A stretch of DNA of 64,000 nucleotides, from positions 9,789 to 73,788 of the forward strand of contig JAQVFM010000001.1 of the NCBI GenBank assembly GCA_028697255.1, written 5' to 3'. The notes beneath the pieces were generated by a model. That model was not told where the DNA came from, did not search any database, and saw only the letters and a list, made by a program, of their open reading frames with translations. This document shows, piece by piece, positions 9,182 to 17,646 of this stretch (positions are counted from its first letter, which is position 1; every line of letters begins with the position of its first letter). This DNA is from Oscillospiraceae bacterium (lineage in GTDB: Bacteria; Bacillota; Clostridia; Oscillospirales; Acutalibacteraceae). A program made the position numbers and the translations under genes.

Positions 9182-10522
9182 ATGCAGGTTGTTTTGGACA
9201 CGCACTATTTAGAGGGGTTCGTCAGACCTCATGAGCTAACTGCTATGCAGACCCAGGTGGATACGGCTCACAATCAGTTACACAATGGAACCGGACAGGG
9301 AAGTGACTTTTTAGGTTGGCTGACACTCCCGACCGATTATGATAAAGAAGAATTTAGACGTATTAAGGTAGCGGCTTCGCGTATTAAAGAGGATACCGAT
9401 GTATTCGTAGTTATCGGAATCGGTGGATCATATCTTGGTGCGCGGGCCGTTATTGAATATGTGAAATCACCGCTTTATAATTTAAAGAAAAAGAATACGC
9501 CCGACATTTATTTTGCCGGAAACAATATAAGCTCCACCGCATTGGCAGAGCTGCTTGAGATTTGCGAGGGGCGCCGCCTGTCAATCAATGTGATTTCAAA
9601 GTCGGGAACAACAACCGAACCTGCAATAGCTTTTCGAGTATTTCGAGAATATCTTGAACGCACAGTTGGGGCGCAAGAAGCAAAAAAACGAATTTATGTT
9701 ACCACCGATAAAGAAAAAGGTACGCTTAAAGGTTTGGCAGACAGAGAGGGCTATGAAACCTTTGTGGTGCCCGATAATATCGGTGGGCGTTTTTCTGTAT
9801 TGACCGCAGTTGGTTTACTGCCCATAGCAGTGGCAGGGTGTGACATAGACGCACTTATGGCAGGAGCCGCAGATGCTGAGAAAACGCTGTTAAACAGTGA
9901 TTTATCAAAAAACGATTGCTACCGTTATGCGGCAGCTCGCAATATTCTATTAAGAAAAGGGCGATCCATCGAATTGATGGTAAGCTACGAACCGGCTTAT
10001 GCAATGATGTCAGAATGGTGGAAGCAGCTATATGGCGAAAGCGAGGGCAAAGATGGTAAAGGTCTTTTCCCCGCATCAGTAATATATACTACCGACTTGC
10101 ATTCGCTGGGTCAATTTGTACAGGACGGTTCAAATATTCTTTTTGAAACGGTCGTACTGATTAATAAAACGCAAAGGCAAGTTACAGTTAAGCAAGACGC
10201 TGAAAATGCAGATGGTTTAAACTTTCTTGCCGGTCGCACATTGGAATACATCAATCTCAAAGCCTTTGAGGGTACGGCAATTGCGCACAGCGACGGCGGA
10301 ACACCCAGTCTTGTACTGCATGTACCGGATATGTCTGAAAGATCACTTGGTTATCTCATATACTTTTTTGAAAAAGCCTGCGCAATTTCAGGTTATCTGC
10401 TGGGCGTCAATCCCTTTGATCAGCCGGGAGTGGAAAGTTATAAGCGCAATATGTTCGCATTGCTTGGAAAGCCCGGCTATGAAAAAGAGAAAGCTGCTCT
10501 TGAACAGCGATTGGCTAAATAA
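9182..10522 (+). CDS. pgi: Glucose-6-phosphate isomerase
   Basis: [12 protein letters not shown] and [10 protein letters not shown] motifs. The ATG at 9182 follows a GGGAGG RBS. The size of about 446 aa matches the Firmicute Pgi type. Confidence 0.92.
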   Translation: MQVVLDTHYLEGFVRPHELTAMQTQVDTAHNQLHNGTGQGSDFLGWLTLPTDYDKEEFRRIKVAASRIKEDTDVFVVIGIGGSYLGARAVIEYVKSPLYNLKKKNTPDIYFAGNNISSTALAELLEICEGRRLSINVISKSGTTTEPAIAFRVFREYLERTVGAQEAKKRIYVTTDKEKGTLKGLADREGYETFVVPDNIGGRFSVLTAVGLLPIAVAGCDIDALMAGAADAEKTLLNSDLSKNDCYRYAAARNILLRKGRSIELMVSYEPAYAMMSEWWKQLYGESEGKDGKGLFPASVIYTTDLHSLGQFVQDGSNILFETVVLINKTQRQVTVKQDAENADGLNFLAGRTLEYINLKAFEGTAIAHSDGGTPSLVLHVPDMSERSLGYLIYFFEKACAISGYLLGVNPFDQPGVESYKRNMFALLGKPGYEKEKAALEQRLAK

Positions 10523-10579
10523 AGCCTATGTTTTAGTCTTAAACCGCAATTTTGCGGGTAAAATATACCATAGGAGGAA

Positions 10580-10999
10580 ATGAAAATGATTAGTTTAATC
10601 CTCGGGAACAAGGGTTCGGGCAAAACCAAACGCCTGATTGACAAATGCAATGAGGCAATGGCTAAGTCCAAAGGTAATGTGGTTTTTATTGAAAAAAACG
10701 GTTCACTTTCGTACAATTTCGGGTATCAGGTAAGATTGGTCGGAGCGGACGAATATGGTATTAAGGGCTTTGATGCGTTTTATGGCTTTATATCCGGTAT
10801 GTGTGCAGGCAATTACGATATAACTAATATATTTATTGATTCAACACTTAAAATCGGTGGGGGAGATATGCAACAGCTTTCCGACTTTATAAACAAGCTG
10901 GAAGCACTTTCAAATAAAGTGGACATTGACATAGTGCTTACGATATCGGCCGATAAGGACAGCATTCCCGAAAGCATTGCAAAGTTTGTCACAGATTAG
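10580..10999 (+). CDS. Small P-loop NTPase-like protein, function unknown
   Basis: 139 aa. Walker A GNKGSGKT sits at residues 9-16, and NIFIDS is a possible Walker B. The RBS is AGGAGGA. I recognised no family. Confidence 0.5.
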   Translation: MKMISLILGNKGSGKTKRLIDKCNEAMAKSKGNVVFIEKNGSLSYNFGYQVRLVGADEYGIKGFDAFYGFISGMCAGNYDITNIFIDSTLKIGGGDMQQLSDFINKLEALSNKVDIDIVLTISADKDSIPESIAKFVTD

Positions 11000-11025
11000 A
11001 TATAGGGTTTAACAAGATGTTACGA

Positions 11026-11151
11026 GCGGCGAAGGTTTTATACTAATATTGAATTTACGATGATTTTTGAAATCAATATTAGTTGCTTTCGCCGCCGTTT
11101 AGAAAGCCAATACTAATATCCGACTAAAAACTTAATCGGACATTAGTTATT
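11026..11151 (+). promoter_or_regulatory. Two consecutive long imperfect hairpins sharing the motif TACTAATAT
   Basis: Hairpin 1 spans 11026-11095 (GCGGCGAA...TACTAATATTGA / TCAATATTAGT...TTCGCCGC). Hairpin 2 spans 11109-11151 (TACTAATATCCGA / TCGGACATTAGTTA). They lie between the P-loop gene and the CofE-like gene. Confidence 0.35.
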
Positions 11152-11193
11152 AGTTTAAGGAACGCCGGATAGCGGTGATTGGAGAGACAAGCA

Positions 11194-12006
11194 GTGGCTG
11201 TATGGTATGAAGGTAATTTAAATATAAAAGAGAATATGCGCGAACATGAAGGTGTCACCTATTATATCCGTGGTGTGCGTGAGGTTGATGGTATCAGGTA
11301 TGAGCGCTATGCCGTAAAGACACATTTCATTGAGCGCGGTGAGGATTATATTGAGGTTGTGCGCAGATATGTTTCGCCGCTGTATAAGCCGGGCGATATT
11401 GTTTCGATTAGTGAAAAGGTTATTTCAATGTGCCAGGATAACACTGTCGAAAAAAAAGACGTGCGGCTTGGATTTTGGGCAAAGTTTTTGTCAAAGTTTG
11501 CAACCCGCAGCAACAACGGTATAGGAATGGACGAACCGTATAAGCTGCAGCTTGCGATTAATTTGAAAGGACTGCCTTTAGTTTTGTGGGCTGCCTTTTG
11601 CGGTGCGGTTTGCAGGCTGTTCGGGCGTCGCGGCGTGTTCTATGAAATTGTTGGGAAGGATATTGCAGGAATTGACGGCTTTTATAATAATTCTGCATTC
11701 GAGACATACCATACGCTTGCTATACTCAATCCTCGGGAGCCGGACAAGGTGTGCGCCGACATTGAGCGCGAGCTGGGAATTATTTGCACTATTGTAGATG
11801 CAAACGACATCGATATAGAAGTGCTGGGCCGCTCCCCGTCAATATTGGACAAGCCATTAGAAATGATTTGTGAGCTTATACGCGACAATCCGGCCGGACA
11901 GGACGATGAGCTAACACCTTTTGTAATTGTGCGCGATATAGGCGATGAGCCGGCTCAAGACTATGTGCCGGTTAAGCCGATTGACAAGTCTACCGACGAG
12001 CAATAG
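11194..12006 (+). CDS. F420-0:gamma-glutamyl ligase (CofE)-like domain protein
   Basis: GDIVSISEKVISMCQ and AGIDGFYNN...LNPREPD...IVDAND resemble CofE/PF01996 motif order. The start is uncertain: GTG at 11194 sits 7 nt after GGAGAG, TTG is at 11179, and ATG is at 11236. Confidence 0.5.
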   Translation: MAVWYEGNLNIKENMREHEGVTYYIRGVREVDGIRYERYAVKTHFIERGEDYIEVVRRYVSPLYKPGDIVSISEKVISMCQDNTVEKKDVRLGFWAKFLSKFATRSNNGIGMDEPYKLQLAINLKGLPLVLWAAFCGAVCRLFGRRGVFYEIVGKDIAGIDGFYNNSAFETYHTLAILNPREPDKVCADIERELGIICTIVDANDIDIEVLGRSPSILDKPLEMICELIRDNPAGQDDELTPFVIVRDIGDEPAQDYVPVKPIDKSTDEQ

Positions 12007-12029
12007 GTCCGCGACACAGTAAATTTTGC

Positions 12030-12058
12030 TTGACAAACCGGTGCGCTCTATTTATAAT
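12030..12058 (+). promoter_or_regulatory. Consensus sigma-A promoter for yceD-rpmF
   Basis: TTGACA, exactly 17 nt, TATAAT. Confidence 0.65.
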
Positions 12059-12084
12059 ATGGTGCGTGACACATGAGGTGTAGT

Positions 12085-12591
12085 ATGATTTTAGACCTTA
12101 AACAAGTTTTTATAGGCGAGAAAAAATCTATGCCTGTGGACTGCACGCTTGATATTTCTCAGCTTGAGTATCAAAATAACCACCCCTTTATTGACCCGGT
12201 CAGGGTGAAGGGTGAGGTTTCGGCAGAGTCAGGCATTGTTAGATTAAAAGCAACGGTTTATTTTGCCTACCAATGTGCATGTGACCGTTGCCTTGACGCT
12301 GTTAAACGACAAATGCAAATACCTATTGAGCATGTGCTTGTCACATCGCTTAGCGGCGATGATGACGGTGAGCTTAAGCAGGTAAAGCATTTCAAGCTTG
12401 TACTTGACGATTTGGTCAGCGAGGATTTAATTATAAGCGTGCCATCCAAAAATCTTTGCCGTGATGATTGCCGCGGGCTTTGCCCGAATTGCGGCATTAA
12501 TTTGAATACTCAGTCATGTGCTTGCCAATCCAACAAAATCGATAATAGATTTAAGATTTTAGAACAGCTTAAACAATCCGATTTGCAATAA
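12085..12591 (+). CDS. yceD: YceD/DUF177 family protein
   Basis: Acidic protein of about 168 aa with a C-terminal CxxC...CxxC cluster (CRGLCPNCG). It lies directly upstream of rpmF, which is the conserved arrangement. Confidence 0.75.
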   Translation: MILDLKQVFIGEKKSMPVDCTLDISQLEYQNNHPFIDPVRVKGEVSAESGIVRLKATVYFAYQCACDRCLDAVKRQMQIPIEHVLVTSLSGDDDGELKQVKHFKLVLDDLVSEDLIISVPSKNLCRDDCRGLCPNCGINLNTQSCACQSNKIDNRFKILEQLKQSDLQ

Positions 12592-12604
12592 GGAGGTGCT
12601 GACA

Positions 12605-12787
12605 ATGGCGGTACCCAAAAGAAGATCATCCAAAGCCCGGCGCGATAAAAGGCGCTCAAATGTATGGAAGCTTGATGCTCCTGCTCTGATGAAATGCACT
12701 CAGTGCGGCGAGTATAAACGCCCGCACCGTCTTTGCGGAAATTGCGGATATTACAACGGCAGGATGGTTGTTAAAAAAGATGCCTAA
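12605..12787 (+). CDS. rpmF: 50S ribosomal protein L32
   Basis: MAVPKRRSSKARRDKRR... with a CxxC...CxxC zinc ribbon. An AGGAGG RBS sits 8 nt upstream. Confidence 0.93.
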   Translation: MAVPKRRSSKARRDKRRSNVWKLDAPALMKCTQCGEYKRPHRLCGNCGYYNGRMVVKKDA

Positions 12788-12801
12788 TAGCATCTGTTAA
12801 G

Positions 12802-12831
12802 TAGAGAGGGAGCAATCCTTCTCTATTTTTT
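12802..12831 (+). terminator. Intrinsic terminator after rpmF
   Basis: TAGAGAGGG-loop-CCTTCTCTA followed by TTTTTT. Confidence 0.7.
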
Positions 12832-12856
12832 ATAACGGCTCAGGAGAGGGAAAGCT

Positions 12857-14152
12857 ATGGGTGTACCGATAGCAGGTATAAAGAGAAACAGCCCGGCACA
12901 CAGGGCCGGAATACGGCCTGGCGATACGCTGCTTAGCGTTAATGGCAATAAAATAACCGATGTGCTTGATTATCGGTTTTATATTACAGACTATCAGCTT
13001 TCTCTCGTTTTGTTGCGGGGAAACAGGATTTTTACGCGCCGCCTTGTAAATCGTTCAAACGAGGATTTGGGGTTAAAATTTTCAACCTACCTTATGGATA
13101 GGCAGAAAAGCTGCAAAAATAAGTGTATCTTTTGTTTTATTGATCAGCTTCCGCCCGGATTGCGCGAGTCACTTTATTTTAAGGATGATGACAGCCGTCT
13201 TTCTTTTTTATTTGGCAATTATATTACTCTGACAAATCTTTCCGAACATGAAATTAATCGAATAATCGCAATGCATATAAGTCCGGTTAATATTTCTGTG
13301 CACACCACCAACCCTGAATTACGCTGCTATATGATGAACAACCGCTTTGCAGGCGAACGGCTTTCGATCATGAGGCGTTTTGCAAATGCAGGTATACGCA
13401 TGAAATGTCAGCTTGTGCTTTGTCCGGGCATAAACGACGGACAAGAACTTGAACGCACAATGAACGATTTGGCAGATCTTGTGCCGCAGATTGAAAGCGT
13501 GGCGGGTGTTCCTGTTGGGCTGACAAAATACAGGGATTCGCTGCCGGCACTGCGCTCATTTACAAAAAGCGAGGCTGCCGATGTTGTTCGTCAGATGGAA
13601 AAAATGGGCGAGAAAATGCTTGGCAGCCACGGAATGCGGGTTTTTTATCCCGCTGATGAGTTTTATTTAAAGGCAGAAATACCGCTGCCTGCCTTAGATT
13701 ATTACGGGGATTTTGCTCAACTTGAAAACGGCGTTGGCCTTATTACCCTATTTTGCGATGAATTTTTAAAAGGGCTTGAAAAAAGCGATGGCAAGCCGCA
13801 CGGCAGCCGTATTATATTGGCAACCGGTTTAGCTGCAGCACCTTTTTTAAACCGGCTTGTTGACAAGGCACGTCAAAAATGGGATACATTAAATGTCAGT
13901 GTCAAGGCAATTGAAAACAATTTTTTTGGTAAGAAAATAAACGTAGCAGGGCTTGTAACCGGCAGTGATTTGATAAAGCAGCTTGAAAATCAAAAATGTG
14001 ATATAATATTGGTGCCGTCCGTAATGCTAAGGCGCGAAGGAGATTTGTTTCTTGATGACGTAACAATTGACGACCTGCAGCACGCCTTGAATGCCGAAGT
14101 CGTATCCGTGCCGGTAGACGGCAGCAAATTAATAGATGCTTTAATGCTGTGA
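12857..14152 (+). CDS. PDZ-domain radical SAM protein (DUF512 type)
   Basis: N-terminal PDZ-like region (GIRPGDTLLSVNG) followed by a CxxxCxxC cluster (CKNKCIFC). It lies immediately upstream of der. Confidence 0.7.
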   Translation: MGVPIAGIKRNSPAHRAGIRPGDTLLSVNGNKITDVLDYRFYITDYQLSLVLLRGNRIFTRRLVNRSNEDLGLKFSTYLMDRQKSCKNKCIFCFIDQLPPGLRESLYFKDDDSRLSFLFGNYITLTNLSEHEINRIIAMHISPVNISVHTTNPELRCYMMNNRFAGERLSIMRRFANAGIRMKCQLVLCPGINDGQELERTMNDLADLVPQIESVAGVPVGLTKYRDSLPALRSFTKSEAADVVRQMEKMGEKMLGSHGMRVFYPADEFYLKAEIPLPALDYYGDFAQLENGVGLITLFCDEFLKGLEKSDGKPHGSRIILATGLAAAPFLNRLVDKARQKWDTLNVSVKAIENNFFGKKINVAGLVTGSDLIKQLENQKCDIILVPSVMLRREGDLFLDDVTIDDLQHALNAEVVSVPVDGSKLIDALML

Positions 14153-14218
14153 CAAAATTATTTGTAAATCGCCGGCGTTACGGTTATACTGTTCAATGTA
14201 TAAAGGCGGTGGATTAAA

Positions 14219-15547
14219 ATGGATTATCCTGTTGTTGCTCTGGTTGGGCGTTCCAATGTGGGCAAGTCAACCTTATTTAATAAACTGATAGGCAAAAGGC
14301 TTGCAATTGTCGAAGATACGCCGGGTGTTACGCGTGACCGCATTTTTGCGCCTTGCGAATGGCGCACCTGTAAATTTATGCTTGCCGACACAGGCGGTAT
14401 CGAACCCTATTCCGACGACTTAATGTTGACGCATATGCGCCGTCAAGCACAGCTTGCAATTGAGCAGGCCGATGTAATCATATTTGTTACCGATATAAAA
14501 ACAGGCGTGACTGCAAACGATATGGATGTTGCCGCAATGCTGCAAAAAAGCGGTAAACCGATTGTATTGTGCGTCAACAAATGCGACAGTATAGGCGATG
14601 TGCCGGCAGAATTTTATGAGTTTTACAATCTCGGAATTGGTGAACCGGTTGCCGTTTCGTCGGTGCACGGCCACGGTACAGGCGACTTGCTTGATGTGGT
14701 GTGTGGTTTACTGCCCGAACAACAAGAACACAAAGAGGAAAGCGATACTATAAAAGTTGCCGTTATAGGTAAACCCAACACCGGCAAATCTTCACTGATT
14801 AATCGTATTGTCGGGGAGGAGCGCACGATTGTATCGGATATTGCCGGTACAACGCGTGATGCAATAGATACCGCGTTACACAACGAATACGGGGATTTTA
14901 TTTTTATAGACACGGCCGGGCTTCGACGTCAAAGCCGCGTAAACGACCCTATCGAAAAATACAGTGTGCTAAGGGCGCAAATGGCGGTTGAACGGGCTGA
15001 TGTCTGTATTATTATGATAGATGCAACCGAGGGCTTTACCGAACAGGACAGTAAGGTTGCCGGTATTGCACACGAACGGGGCAAGGCCTGTATTATTGCC
15101 GTTAATAAGTGGGACGCTGTAGAGAAAGACGACAAAACTATGGACAAAATGCGAAAATCGCTTGAAAATGATTTTTCGTTTATGTCCTATGCACCGATTA
15201 TTTTTATTTCGGCTAAGACAGGCCAGCGCATAGACCGATTGTTCGAGCTTTTAATTTATGTTGCACAGCAGTATTCTATGCGCATTTCCACGGGTATGCT
15301 AAATGATGTGCTGGCTGATGCCACTGCTCGTGTGCAACCTCCGACTGATAAGGGCAAACGGTTACGCATATATTATATTACGCAGCCTTCTACGCGTCCT
15401 CCCACCTTTGTTTGCTTTGTCAATAAAGCCGAACTTTTTCATTTTTCATATAAGCGGTACATCGAAAACCGGATTAGGGAAACATTTGGGCTTGAAGGCA
15501 CGCCTATTCGTATAGTCGTGAGGGAAAGAGGAGAAAAAGGGCGTTGA
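14219..15547 (+). CDS. der: Ribosome biogenesis GTPase Der (EngA)
   Basis: Two tandem GTPase domains (GRSNVGKST and GKPNTGKSS, each with DTAG/DTGG and NKxD) plus a C-terminal KH-like domain. Confidence 0.93.
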   Translation: MDYPVVALVGRSNVGKSTLFNKLIGKRLAIVEDTPGVTRDRIFAPCEWRTCKFMLADTGGIEPYSDDLMLTHMRRQAQLAIEQADVIIFVTDIKTGVTANDMDVAAMLQKSGKPIVLCVNKCDSIGDVPAEFYEFYNLGIGEPVAVSSVHGHGTGDLLDVVCGLLPEQQEHKEESDTIKVAVIGKPNTGKSSLINRIVGEERTIVSDIAGTTRDAIDTALHNEYGDFIFIDTAGLRRQSRVNDPIEKYSVLRAQMAVERADVCIIMIDATEGFTEQDSKVAGIAHERGKACIIAVNKWDAVEKDDKTMDKMRKSLENDFSFMSYAPIIFISAKTGQRIDRLFELLIYVAQQYSMRISTGMLNDVLADATARVQPPTDKGKRLRIYYITQPSTRPPTFVCFVNKAELFHFSYKRYIENRIRETFGLEGTPIRIVVRERGEKGR

Positions 15548-15579
15548 TATTTGTTATATGATTGAAGGGGAGACCTTAC

Positions 15580-16296
15580 ATGTTTTCAGAAATTCAAAAT
15601 TTCGTTTTAGTCGCTTGGCCTTCACTGATTATCACTGCTTTGTGCGCATATCTCTTAGGCAGTATAAACTCGGCGATTATAGTTACTCGTTTTATTTCAC
15701 GAACTGATATACGGGATACCGGAAGCGGCAATGCCGGGGCGACCAACGTGCTTCGGTCGCAGGGCAAATTGCCCGCTATACTGACAACGGTTGGTGATCT
15801 GGGCAAAAGTATTTTGTCGGTGCTTTTAGGGCGCTGGCTTATAGCTGTAATGAACAGTAGCTATGCGCAAAATAATATGGAATTTATGCGCACAGGTGCA
15901 TATTTGGCAGGGCTTTTTTGCATTATCGGCCATTTGTATCCCGTCTTTTTCGGGTTTCGCGGAGGAAAAGGAGTGCTGGCATCATTCGGTATGATGCTGA
16001 TACTTGACTGGCGTATCGCTCTTATTTGTCTTGCTATTTTTATTGTAGTTGTACTCATATTCAAAATGGTTTCATTAGGCTCAATATGCGCGGCGACCGC
16101 TTTGCCCATTTTTACCGGCATTTTCAGCGCTTTTATATATAAATATCCCGCTACAAACACGCTGTTCAACACGGTAATGACTGCGCTTATAGCTGTCATA
16201 CTGATTATAAAACATATCCCGAACATCAAGCGTATAATAAAGGGGACAGAAAGCCGCTTGGGTTCGGGTAAAGCAAAGTCTGGAAATAACGCATAG
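15580..16296 (+). CDS. plsY: Glycerol-3-phosphate acyltransferase PlsY
   Basis: GSGNAGATNV motif and polytopic membrane topology. The ATG at 15580 follows a purine-rich RBS. Confidence 0.9.
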   Translation: MFSEIQNFVLVAWPSLIITALCAYLLGSINSAIIVTRFISRTDIRDTGSGNAGATNVLRSQGKLPAILTTVGDLGKSILSVLLGRWLIAVMNSSYAQNNMEFMRTGAYLAGLFCIIGHLYPVFFGFRGGKGVLASFGMMLILDWRIALICLAIFIVVVLIFKMVSLGSICAATALPIFTGIFSAFIYKYPATNTLFNTVMTALIAVILIIKHIPNIKRIIKGTESRLGSGKAKSGNNA

Positions 16297-16309
16297 AGGA
16301 GAAGATCGC

Positions 16310-17323
16310 ATGGAATCTAAACCAGCAATTTCGGTATTAGGCAGCGGGGGATGGGGTACCGCACTTGCAATTATGGCTCATAAATACGGCTGCCGTGTTA
16401 CGTTGTGGTCGCCGTTTAAAGAAGAGATTGCCGATATTCGACGGTTCGATGAAAACAGAAAGCTTTTGCCCGGTGTGCCCGTTCCTCTTGATATAAACCT
16501 TACAACAAACCTTGCCGAAACGGCAAAAAGCGAATTGATTATTTTCGCCGTGCCCTCCTTTGCAATACGACAAACGGCAAAACAGTTAGCCCCTCTGATT
16601 CGCCCGGGCACATTAATTGCCAATGCAGGCAAAGGTCTTGAACCCAAAACACATCTGCGCTTTTCGCAGGTTTTAAGCGAGGAGCTTGCGACGGCTCGGA
16701 TAGTTGTGCTGTCTGGTCCGTCACACGCTGAGGAGGTTGCCCGTGATGTGCCGACTACAATAATCAGTGCTTCACAGGATATAGAGGCTGCCGAGCTTGT
16801 CCAATCTATGTTAATGAACCCAAACTTTAGAATTTATGTTAATTCGGATGTTACAGGCGTGGAGCTTGGTGGCGCACTTAAAAATATAATTGCTCTGGCT
16901 GCCGGCATATGTGATGGTCTAAATGTTGGTGACAATACGAAAGCAGCCCTCATGACGCGCGGGCTTGCCGAAATTGCAAGACTTGGCTCGGCTTTGGGCG
17001 CACGTGCCGAAACCTTTGCCGGGCTTTCGGGCATGGGTGACCTAATCGTCACATGTGGAAGTCTTCATTCAAGAAACCGGCGTGCGGGCATGCTAATAGG
17101 GCAGGGGCACTCTCCAAAGGAGGCTGTACGCCTTATCGGTACGGTCGAGGGTTATCATGCCTCTCTTGCTGCATGGGAGCTTGCACAGTCCGTCAATGTG
17201 GAGATGCCAATTACAGAGCAGTGTTGGCGAATATGCTATCAGGGACAGTCCGCACGCGATGCTGTTCGCATTTTGATGGAGAGGCCGCGCCGCCATGAAA
17301 CCGAATGTGAATGGTCATTATAA
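16310..17323 (+). CDS. gpsA: NAD(P)H-dependent glycerol-3-phosphate dehydrogenase
   Basis: N-terminal Rossmann motif GSGGWGTALA, plus GALKNIIALAAG. Confidence 0.92.
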   Translation: MESKPAISVLGSGGWGTALAIMAHKYGCRVTLWSPFKEEIADIRRFDENRKLLPGVPVPLDINLTTNLAETAKSELIIFAVPSFAIRQTAKQLAPLIRPGTLIANAGKGLEPKTHLRFSQVLSEELATARIVVLSGPSHAEEVARDVPTTIISASQDIEAAELVQSMLMNPNFRIYVNSDVTGVELGGALKNIIALAAGICDGLNVGDNTKAALMTRGLAEIARLGSALGARAETFAGLSGMGDLIVTCGSLHSRNRRAGMLIGQGHSPKEAVRLIGTVEGYHASLAAWELAQSVNVEMPITEQCWRICYQGQSARDAVRILMERPRRHETECEWSL

Positions 17324-17352
17324 ACCCATCCTGCCGCGGATATATTTTAAAA

Positions 17353-17391
17353 ATTTTGTGGCTGCCGCTCATACGAGCTGGCAGCCACAAA
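17353..17391 (+). terminator. Strong hairpin after gpsA
   Basis: TTTTGTGGCTGCC...GGCAGCCACAAAA with an inner GCTC-ATAC-GAGC extension. Confidence 0.65.
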
Positions 17392-17412
17392 ACTTTATCA
17401 ATTAAAGTTTAC

Positions 17413-17646
17413 AAATAATGCTCACTGAATAACACCGTTTGCTAACGATATTATCTTTAGATACTCACAAATCAGCTCGCATTGATTGCCGCCTGTTATA
17501 TGAAACGGTCGTGGGACGACCGTTTCATATAAGTGCAAGGTTTTATCGATCTCTTATAAAAACCTTGCACCTGAATAATTAAAAAATACTTATACCTTAT
17601 AGAAGCAGTATTCTTTAATTATTCAGCAGGCATTAAATAAATTCTT
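17413..17646 (+). mobile_element. AT-rich hairpin-ended miniature repeat element, copy A (long form)
   Basis: Shares its ends (AATAATGCTCACTGAATAA ... TTAATTATTCAGCAGGCATTAAA) and about 50 nt of internal sequence with 42651-42830. Its ends also match 47597-47657 on the opposite strand. Confidence 0.7.
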
